Source of the DNA: Formosa sp. Hel1_33_131
Lineage (GTDB): Bacteria > Bacteroidota > Bacteroidia > Flavobacteriales > Flavobacteriaceae
Reading direction: 5' to 3'
DNA length: 32,000 nucleotides
Assembly (NCBI RefSeq): GCF_001735745.1
Contig: NZ_CP017260.1
Location: 60,001 to 92,000 of the forward strand
Part shown: one piece after another, positions 13,764-21,615 of the stretch
How the letters are laid out: every line of letters begins with the position of its first letter
Position numbering within the stretch: position 1 is the first letter of the stretch
Notes under the pieces: generated by a model
The model's input: the letters and a program-made list of their open reading frames with translations, nothing else
Told to the model about the DNA's origin: nothing
Databases searched by the model: none
Translations under genes and position numbers: made by a program

Positions 13764-15148
13764 AGTCCCGCTACTTTCTTTATTTCATCAATAATTTTAT
13801 CAGCTAAAACATCTGCTTTTTCTTGAGATGGTGCTTCTGTATAGATGCGAATAATGGCTTCTGTATTGCTTTTTCTTAAATGCACCCACTCGGAAGCAAA
13901 ATCGATTTTAACTCCATCAATTGTAGAAATTTGTTCGTGTGCGTACTTGGCTTCCATCGCCACTAAAATAGCATCCACATCAATAGAAGGATTTAAGTCA
14001 ATTTTCTTCTTGCTCATAAAGTAAGAAGGATAACTAGCCCTCAGCTCGCTAACCGCTATTTTACGCTCCGCTAATAAACTCAGAAATAAGGCCACTCCTA
14101 CCAAGGCATCACGTCCATAATGTGACTCAGGATAAATAATTCCGCCGTTGCCTTCACCCCCAATAACCGCATTGGTTGCTTTCATGGCGTTGACGACATT
14201 CACTTCTCCTACGGCACTCGCTGTATACGTTCCGCCATGTTTTTCGGTCACATCTCTCAACGCTCGTGTAGAACTGAGATTACTCACCGTATTTCCTGGG
14301 CGTTGACTTAAAATATAATCGGCACAAGCCACTAAAGTATATTCTTCTCCAAACATCACTCCCTTTTCATCCATAAATGCCAAACGGTCCACATCTGGAT
14401 CGACGGCAATTCCAAAGTCGGCATGAGAAGACACTACCTTTTCGGATAAATCTGTTAAGTGTTGCTTCAGCGGTTCTGGATTGTGTGGAAATTGTCCGTT
14501 GGGTTCGCAATGAATTTTGACTGCCTCAACACCTAAACGTTCCAACAAAAGTGGAATGGCAATCCCACCCGTAGAATTCACAGCATCGACCACCACTTTA
14601 AAATTACAGTCCGAAATTGCTTTTACATTCACAAATTCCAGATCCAACACTTCATCGATATGAATGTCAAAATAAGCTTGATTTTCAGTAATTGTGCCTA
14701 AATCATCTACATCCGCAAATTCCATAGCATCTGCCGCTGCGATATCTAAAACACGTTGGCTGTGTTCGGCATTTAAAAACTCTCCATTATGATCTAAAAG
14801 TTTTAAAGCATTCCATTGTTTTGGGTTATGACTCGCCGTCAAGATAATACCGCCATCAGCATGTTCTAAAGGGACTGCAATTTCAACGGTTGGTGTCGTT
14901 GACAGGTCTAAATCAATCACATCAATCCCCATTCCAATCAGTGTATTCATGACTAAGTTTTGAACCATCGCTCCCGAAATTCGAGCATCTCTTCCAACCA
15001 CCACACGGTAATTTTCTTTAGTGCGTTGTGATTTGATCCACGTTCCGTACGCCGCAGCGAATTTCACAGTGTCTATAGGGGTTAAATTATCTCCAACAGT
15101 ACCTCCAATGGTACCGCGAATTCCTGAAATTGATTTGATGAGTGTCAT
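13760..15148 (-). CDS. glmM: Phosphoglucosamine mutase
   Basis: N-terminus is SGIRGTIGG, the phosphoserine loop is TASHNP, and the Mg site is AVDPDVDRL. I place the start at the ATG (complement of cat at 15146-15148; MTLIKSISGIRG). The ORF-track TTG at 15169 overlaps the candidate -7 box. Confidence 0.9.
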   Translation of the reverse strand: MTLIKSISGIRGTIGGTVGDNLTPIDTVKFAAAYGTWIKSQRTKENYRVVVGRDARISGAMVQNLVMNTLIGMGIDVIDLDLSTTPTVEIAVPLEHADGGIILTASHNPKQWNALKLLDHNGEFLNAEHSQRVLDIAAADAMEFADVDDLGTITENQAYFDIHIDEVLDLEFVNVKAISDCNFKVVVDAVNSTGGIAIPLLLERLGVEAVKIHCEPNGQFPHNPEPLKQHLTDLSEKVVSSHADFGIAVDPDVDRLAFMDEKGVMFGEEYTLVACADYILSQRPGNTVSNLSSTRALRDVTEKHGGTYTASAVGEVNVVNAMKATNAVIGGEGNGGIIYPESHYGRDALVGVALFLSLLAERKIAVSELRASYPSYFMSKKKIDLNPSIDVDAILVAMEAKYAHEQISTIDGVKIDFASEWVHLRKSNTEAIIRIYTEAPSQEKADVLADKIIDEIKKVAGL

Positions 15149-15166
15149 GTAAAAAATAAGTTTCAA

Positions 15167-15174
15167 CAAATATA
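15167..15174 (-). promoter_or_regulatory. Candidate -7 box for glmM (TATATTTG on minus strand)
   Basis: Plus strand reads CAAATATA, 19 nt upstream of ATG 15148. Confidence 0.35.
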
Positions 15175-15219
15175 AGACTTCAAATCAATTATATTAAAAT
15201 GTATTCATAATATTGCCAT

Positions 15220-15801
15220 ATGAATTACTTGGCACATATTTTTCTTTCTGGAGGTCAGCCCGATATTATGATTGGCAACTTTATTGCAGACAGTATTAAA
15301 GGCTCAAAATACGACACTTACCCTCCCGAAATCCAAAAAGGAATCTTACTGCACCGTCAAATAGATACAACAACGGATGCCCACCCCGCTTTTCGGCAAA
15401 GCACCAAACGACTTCATAAAAATTACGGGCATTATTCAGGGATTATAGTAGATATATTTTACGATCATTTTTTAGCTAAAAATTGGTCGGAGTATTCTGA
15501 TATTCCTTTAGCCGATTACATTCAATCGTTTTATAAATTATTGCGAGATAATTTTGAAATACTCCCCGCTAACATTCAAAAAATAGCACCTATTATGATG
15601 GAGGGCAACTGGCTTTTAATCTATGCCGAACTAGAAGGTATTGACCGTGTGTTAGCTGGTATGAATCGGCGTACAAAAAACAGATCGGGAATGGACAAGG
15701 CTGGACAGGAATTAAAAGAATTCTACACACTTTTTGAAGCCGATTTTAGACTGGTGATAAAAGACCTGCAAACACTCAGTGATGATTTTTTAGCTTCTTA
15801 A
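15220..15801 (+). CDS. acpH: Acyl carrier protein phosphodiesterase (AcpH family)
   Basis: ORF of 193 aa. The N-terminus MNYLAHIFLSG...IGNFIAD, then LLHRQIDTTTD, are characteristic of the AcpH/DUF479 family. Confidence 0.8.
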   Translation: MNYLAHIFLSGGQPDIMIGNFIADSIKGSKYDTYPPEIQKGILLHRQIDTTTDAHPAFRQSTKRLHKNYGHYSGIIVDIFYDHFLAKNWSEYSDIPLADYIQSFYKLLRDNFEILPANIQKIAPIMMEGNWLLIYAELEGIDRVLAGMNRRTKNRSGMDKAGQELKEFYTLFEADFRLVIKDLQTLSDDFLAS

Positions 15802-15805
15802 AACC

Positions 15806-17914
15806 CTAACTAATATAATTCCAGATATTCTTATATTTTCCCATTTTGATATAGGTTTGCGCAATGGGTTGATGCTTTGGATCGATTAATTTCGGATCGG
15901 AAACCAGCACCTTTTTAGCCCAATGCCGTGCCAAAGACAAGATGTCTTTATCCTTTACAATATTGGCGATTTTCAATTCTAAGATCCCACTTTGTTGAGT
16001 GCCCATCATATCGCCTGGGCCTCGGAGTCGTAAATCAACTTCCGCAATTTCAAATCCATCACTCGAATTGACCATGGTTTTCATGCGGGTTTTACTGTTA
16101 TCTCCAAGTTTAGACCCTGTCATTAAAATACAATAACTTTGCTCACTTCCACGCCCTACACGCCCTCTCAATTGGTGGAGTTGCGAAAGCCCAAACCGTT
16201 CGGCACTTTCAATTATCATCACCGAAGCATTGGGTACATTAACGCCTACTTCAATCACGGTTGTGGCAACCATGATCTGCGTTTCGCCTTTGACAAAACG
16301 TTGCATCTCAAATTCTTTATCGGCGGGTTTCATTTGCCCATGTACAATGGATACTTGGTATTTTGGGGTTGGAAAGTCCCGTACAATACCTTCATAACCA
16401 TCCATTAAATCCTTAAAATCCAAGGTTTCACTTTCGTTAATCAATGGATATACAATATAAATTTGGCGTCCTTTTGCAATTTCATCTCTAATAAACCCAA
16501 GTACTTTCAGACGATTGCTGTCAAAACGGTGCACGGTTTTAATCGGTTTTCTACCTGCCGGCAATTCATCAATCACAGAAATATCTAAATCGCCATAAAC
16601 AGACATTGCTAAGGTGCGTGGGATGGGCGTCGCAGTCATCACCAAAATATGTGGTGGCGACACATTTTTTTTCCACAGTTTGCTACGTTGTGCGACTCCA
16701 AAACGGTGTTGCTCGTCAATGATTGCCAAGCCAAGATTCTTGAACTTCACCTTGTCCTCTAAAAGCGCATGCGTTCCAATAATGATTTGTAATTCCCCCG
16801 ATTCTAATTGTTCGTGAATGATGCGTCGGGCCGCGGTTTTACTCGACCCTGTTAACAATCCGATCTTAACCCCAATTAGGTCACAAAACGGTTTCAAGCC
16901 GTTGTAATGCTGAAATGATAAAATTTCTGTGGGTGCCATCAGTGTCGCTTGAAAATCATTATCAATTGCGATGAGCATGGACATCAACGCCACAATAGTT
17001 TTCCCCGAGCCCACATCGCCCTGTAACAAGCGGTTCATTTGGGCATTACTGTCCATATCAATTCGAATTTCTTTCAACACCCGTTTTTGAGCGTTGGTCA
17101 ATTCGAAAGGCAAATGTTCTTTATAAAAGGTGTTAAAATAGGAACCGACGGTTTCAAATCGGTAGCCCTTTATTTTGGTCTTGTGAATGATGTTTTTAAG
17201 AATGAGCTGAAGCTGGATGTAAAATAATTCTTCAAACTTTAAACGAAATTGAGACAGACTCAGTAAATTTTGAGTCTTTGGAAAATGTACATTTAAAAAA
17301 GCTTCGCTTTTAGATATTAGTTTTTGATGTTCTAAAATCTCCGTAGAAAGCGATTCTTCAAATCGCCCATTCAATTGCAAAAACAATTGTTCCATGATCT
17401 TACAAATCACACGGTTCGAAATGCCTCGGTTCGCTAATTTTTCTGTGGAGGGATAAATGGGTTGAATCGCTTTCGACAGGCTTTTGTCATAATCTGTTTT
17501 GAGTTCGATATCGGGATGCGGCATACTAAAAGTCCCATTGAACAAATTGATCTTTCCAAAAATCACATAATCCGTATGCGTTTTCAGATGCTCACGAATC
17601 CATTTATGGCCTCTAAACCAAACCAATTCCACGTAGCCCGTTTCATCTCTAAAGGTTGCTACAAGGCGTTTACCGCGTTTCTGAGCAATTTCTTTGAATC
17701 CTGTAATCTGACCGACAATTTGAACTTCAGCATTGGTAGGTTGCAGTTCAGAAACCTTATAAAATTGCGTGCGATCGATGTACCGGTTTGGAAATAAATT
17801 AATCAGGTCTTGATAGGTCTGAATCCCTAATTCTTTACGCAATACTTCGGCACGCCCAGGCCCTACACCTTTCAGATAATCAATGGGAGTTTGAAGTAAT
17901 GTGTTTTGCATCAA
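15806..17914 (-). CDS. recG: ATP-dependent DNA helicase RecG
   Basis: ORF of 702 aa with an N-terminal wedge/OB region. Motifs are Walker A GDVGSGKT, DEQH in IIDEQHRFGV, TATPIPRTL and QLHQLRGRVGRG. Confidence 0.95.
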   Translation of the reverse strand: MMQNTLLQTPIDYLKGVGPGRAEVLRKELGIQTYQDLINLFPNRYIDRTQFYKVSELQPTNAEVQIVGQITGFKEIAQKRGKRLVATFRDETGYVELVWFRGHKWIREHLKTHTDYVIFGKINLFNGTFSMPHPDIELKTDYDKSLSKAIQPIYPSTEKLANRGISNRVICKIMEQLFLQLNGRFEESLSTEILEHQKLISKSEAFLNVHFPKTQNLLSLSQFRLKFEELFYIQLQLILKNIIHKTKIKGYRFETVGSYFNTFYKEHLPFELTNAQKRVLKEIRIDMDSNAQMNRLLQGDVGSGKTIVALMSMLIAIDNDFQATLMAPTEILSFQHYNGLKPFCDLIGVKIGLLTGSSKTAARRIIHEQLESGELQIIIGTHALLEDKVKFKNLGLAIIDEQHRFGVAQRSKLWKKNVSPPHILVMTATPIPRTLAMSVYGDLDISVIDELPAGRKPIKTVHRFDSNRLKVLGFIRDEIAKGRQIYIVYPLINESETLDFKDLMDGYEGIVRDFPTPKYQVSIVHGQMKPADKEFEMQRFVKGETQIMVATTVIEVGVNVPNASVMIIESAERFGLSQLHQLRGRVGRGSEQSYCILMTGSKLGDNSKTRMKTMVNSSDGFEIAEVDLRLRGPGDMMGTQQSGILELKIANIVKDKDILSLARHWAKKVLVSDPKLIDPKHQPIAQTYIKMGKYKNIWNYIS

Positions 17915-17920
17915 TCCACT

Positions 17921-18445
17921 TTAATACGTTAGTAAATTACTCACTTCATTTTTTAAATACGCTAAGGCAGCATTGCTTGGTGATGGCATATCCATCGATT
18001 TTGTGAGGACTAATTCGCGAAATTTATCAGCGGATTCGGCGCTGTTTGAAATGTCACAATTTCTAATAAATTGAATGGTCGTGTTTTTAGCGGTTAAAAT
18101 GATGTTCCAACATTCTTCCGACAAATAGATTTGCTGAGCTAAATTATGCTCAAACTCTTGTTCGATATTCTGAATCAGTAACTGCTCATAATCTTCCTTT
18201 CGTTGAGAAATAGGTTGAATTCTAATGAGTAAATTATTGGGAGCCATACGCTCCAAAACCAACGCCAAACGCTCATACGCCTGAAGTTTTACAGGAAGCA
18301 CTTCTTTTTGAAGCGATTTATGAAGGATATAGTGACGTCTTTTACTTTCGTTGTTGGTGTACTCTTTGAAAAATAAATACGCAATCGCACCTGTTATAAG
18401 GGCTGGAATGCAATACATGATAAGGCTATAAAACTCAATTTCCAT
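17921..18445 (-). CDS. Hypothetical single-pass membrane protein
   Basis: ORF of 174 aa. One N-terminal TM helix (YSLIMYCIPALITGAIAYLFF) is followed by a helical soluble part. It ends 6 nt upstream of the recG start on the same strand. No family recognised. Confidence 0.6.
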   Translation of the reverse strand: MEIEFYSLIMYCIPALITGAIAYLFFKEYTNNESKRRHYILHKSLQKEVLPVKLQAYERLALVLERMAPNNLLIRIQPISQRKEDYEQLLIQNIEQEFEHNLAQQIYLSEECWNIILTAKNTTIQFIRNCDISNSAESADKFRELVLTKSMDMPSPSNAALAYLKNEVSNLLTY

Positions 18446-18625
18446 TTAAATGTGTGATGTGTTGATTAATAAATGCCAAGTTAATAATTTCCTTCAATAT
18501 AAAAGCAAAAATTAATGTCTTCAAACGCTTTTAGTAACTTCCCTAGAATTGTTTATAATTTATAGGACTTCCTTTTAAAAATACGAATTACATTCCTTAA
18601 TTTCACGTCTTAGAAAAAACGAAAT

Positions 18626-20947
18626 TTGAAACAATATTTAAGTCAACTTAACGAGGCACAATTAGCGCCCACCCTTCAAAAAGAAGGACCAATGATTATC
18701 ATCGCAGGTGCAGGTTCTGGAAAAACCAGAGTCCTCACCTACCGCATCGCCTATTTGATGAGCGAAGGTGTGGATCCTTTTAATATTTTATCCCTCACTT
18801 TTACCAACAAGGCGGCTCGTGAAATGAAAACACGTATTTCTTCGATTGTAGGAGATAGCGAAGCGAAAAACCTGTGGATGGGAACCTTTCACTCTGTATT
18901 TGCAAAAATATTACGTATTGAAGCCGATAAATTGGGCTACCCTTCCAATTTTACGATTTATGACACACAAGATTCGCAACGCTTAATTTCTTCGATTATA
19001 AAGGAGAAAAAACTGGATAAAGACATCTATAAATACAAGCAAGTCCAATCTCGAATCTCCTCCTATAAAAACAGTTTGATTACGGTCAAAGCCTATTTTC
19101 AAAATCCCGATCTGAAGGAAGCGGATGTCATGGCAAAACGCCCCGAAATGGGCGAGATTTATAAAGAATATGTATCCCGTTGTTTCAAAGCGGGTGCGAT
19201 GGATTTTGATGATTTATTACTCAAAACCAACGAATTAATCACACGATTCCCTGAAGTGTTGGCAAAATATCAAGATCGTTTTCGGTATATTTTAGTGGAT
19301 GAGTATCAAGATACAAACCACTCTCAATATTTAATTGTACGAGCACTTTCGGACCGTTTCCAAAACATTTGTGTTGTGGGAGATGATGCCCAAAGTATTT
19401 ATGCATTTCGAGGAGCGAACATCAATAATATCTTAAATTTTCAAAAGGATTATGACAATGTAAAAATGTTCCGATTGGAGCAGAATTACCGTTCGACAAA
19501 AAACATTGTGAATGCTGCCAATTCTATTATTGAAAAAAATCAAACCAAGCTAGAAAAAGTAGTTTGGACGGCGAATGAAGAAGGTCCCAAAATTATTGTC
19601 AACCGATCATTAACGGATGGTGACGAAGGGCGTTATATTGCCAGTACTATCTTTGAAAACAAGATGCAAAACCAAGCCAAGAATGGTGATTTTGCCGTAC
19701 TGTATCGTACCAATGCACAATCGCGATCGATTGAAGATGCCTTGAGAAAACGAGGTTTGGAATATCGGATTTACGGAGGCTTGTCCTTTTATCAACGAAA
19801 AGAAATAAAAGATGTCCTCTCCTATTTGAGAATTATCATCAATCCTTCAGATGAAGAGGCTTTAAAACGGATCATTAATTTTCCTGGGCGAGGGATTGGT
19901 CAAACAACGATTGACCGTCTAATTGTATCTGCCAATGAACATAATAAAACCATTTTTGAAATTCTAAAACACCTTCATGAGCTTCCCATAAACATCAATG
20001 CGGGGACTAAAACCAAACTGCAAAACTTTACAACGATGATTGAAAGTTTTAAGGTGATGAGTCAAACAATGAATGCCTTTGATTTGGCAGAGAATGTATG
20101 TAAAGCCAGTGGATTGATTCAGGAGTTTAAAAAAGATGGAACTCCCGAAGGCATTACCCGTTTGGAAAACATTGAAGAATTGCTGAATGGGATCAAAGAT
20201 TTTGTGGAAGGACAACAAGAATTAGCGGACTCCACAGGATCCATTGCAGAGTTTTTAGAAGATGTTGCTCTGGCAACGGACTTAGATAATGAAGAAGGTG
20301 ACGACAGCGACAAGGTGGCATTGATGACCATCCATTTGGCAAAAGGATTGGAGTTTCCGTATGTGTATATTGTTGGTTTGGAAGAAGATTTATTCCCGAG
20401 TGCAATGAGCATGAGTACACGTGAAGAATTGGAAGAAGAACGCCGTTTATTTTACGTGGCGTTGACCCGTGCTGAAAAACAAGCCTATCTGACCTATGCC
20501 CTCTCGCGATACCGCTGGGGGAAACTCGTAGATTCAGAACCCAGTCGCTTTATCGAAGAAATTGATGAGCAGTATTTGGAGATTGTCACGCCTAAAGAAG
20601 AACGCCGTTTCAACCCGATGTTAAGTGCTGATATTTTTGGAGATGTGGACCCAAATACGGTGCGCTACAAGAAGCCGGCTTACATGAAAGCCAAGCCAAA
20701 AGTTCAAGAGAAATTTCAAATATCGACACCTAAGAATTTAAAAAAGGTCAGTGAAACAAAACCCAATACTAACTTATTTGACAATAAATTAATTGTAGGT
20801 GATGTTGTGAATCACCAACGATTTGGAAAAGGAAATGTGTTAAGTATCGAAGGAAAAGCAGCGGATTTGAAGGCTGAAATTAAATTTGAAACGGGAGGTG
20901 TTAAAAAGCTATTGCTACGGTTTGCAAAACTTGAAATCATTTCATAA
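18626..20947 (+). CDS. uvrD: UvrD/PcrA/Rep-family ATP-dependent DNA helicase
   Basis: ORF of 773 aa. Motifs are the Q-motif region LNEAQLAP, Walker A AGAGSGKT, DEYQDTN, QNYRS and the C-terminal GDVVNHQRFGKGNVLSIEG (Tudor-like tail of UvrD/PcrA). TTG start at 18626; the next in-frame Met (M23) would remove the Q-motif. Confidence 0.93.
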   Translation: MKQYLSQLNEAQLAPTLQKEGPMIIIAGAGSGKTRVLTYRIAYLMSEGVDPFNILSLTFTNKAAREMKTRISSIVGDSEAKNLWMGTFHSVFAKILRIEADKLGYPSNFTIYDTQDSQRLISSIIKEKKLDKDIYKYKQVQSRISSYKNSLITVKAYFQNPDLKEADVMAKRPEMGEIYKEYVSRCFKAGAMDFDDLLLKTNELITRFPEVLAKYQDRFRYILVDEYQDTNHSQYLIVRALSDRFQNICVVGDDAQSIYAFRGANINNILNFQKDYDNVKMFRLEQNYRSTKNIVNAANSIIEKNQTKLEKVVWTANEEGPKIIVNRSLTDGDEGRYIASTIFENKMQNQAKNGDFAVLYRTNAQSRSIEDALRKRGLEYRIYGGLSFYQRKEIKDVLSYLRIIINPSDEEALKRIINFPGRGIGQTTIDRLIVSANEHNKTIFEILKHLHELPININAGTKTKLQNFTTMIESFKVMSQTMNAFDLAENVCKASGLIQEFKKDGTPEGITRLENIEELLNGIKDFVEGQQELADSTGSIAEFLEDVALATDLDNEEGDDSDKVALMTIHLAKGLEFPYVYIVGLEEDLFPSAMSMSTREELEEERRLFYVALTRAEKQAYLTYALSRYRWGKLVDSEPSRFIEEIDEQYLEIVTPKEERRFNPMLSADIFGDVDPNTVRYKKPAYMKAKPKVQEKFQISTPKNLKKVSETKPNTNLFDNKLIVGDVVNHQRFGKGNVLSIEGKAADLKAEIKFETGGVKKLLLRFAKLEIIS

Positions 20948-20961
20948 ACACACTGAATTTT

Positions 20962-21582
20962 ATGTCCGAACTTCTCAAAATATATCCAGAAAATCCAAAC
21001 CCAAAGGCCATTCAAAAGGTGGTTGAAGTCCTTAAAAAGGGAGGGCTGATTATCTATCCAACGGATACAGTTTATGGATTGGGATGTGACATTACCAACG
21101 TAAAGGCTTTGGAACGTGTTGCCAAAATTAAAGGCGTCAAACTGGAGCGGTCAAACTTTTCGTTTATTTGTCATGACTTGAGTAATTTGAGTGATTATGT
21201 GACCCAAATTGAAACGCCCATATTTAAACTTTTGAAACGAAATCTTCCAGGACCTTATACCTTTATTCTTCCTGGAGCGAATACATTGCCGCATCCGTTT
21301 AAGAAAAAGAAAACGGTTGGAATTCGAATTCCAGATAACTCAATTGCGTTGGAAATTGTAAAGGCATTGGGCAATCCAATTGTATCTACGTCGATTCATG
21401 ATGAGGACGAGATTCTGGAATACACTACAGATCCAGAATTGATTTTTGAAAAATGGAATTCTAAAGTTGACATGGTTATTGATGGTGGTTATGGAGACAA
21501 TCAGCCGTCAACGATTATCGAAGTCAATGGAACGGAAGTGACTATTGTTAGGGAAGGTAAAGGAAGTATTGATCTATTTTAA
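20962..21582 (+). CDS. tsaC: L-threonylcarbamoyladenylate synthase (YrdC/TsaC type)
   Basis: ORF of 206 aa with the YrdC-domain signature GGLIIYPTDTVYGLGCD and a single-domain length. Confidence 0.88.
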   Translation: MSELLKIYPENPNPKAIQKVVEVLKKGGLIIYPTDTVYGLGCDITNVKALERVAKIKGVKLERSNFSFICHDLSNLSDYVTQIETPIFKLLKRNLPGPYTFILPGANTLPHPFKKKKTVGIRIPDNSIALEIVKALGNPIVSTSIHDEDEILEYTTDPELIFEKWNSKVDMVIDGGYGDNQPSTIIEVNGTEVTIVREGKGSIDLF

Positions 21583-21615
21583 TGACAACTAATTAAGCGC
21601 GTACAGAACATATTT

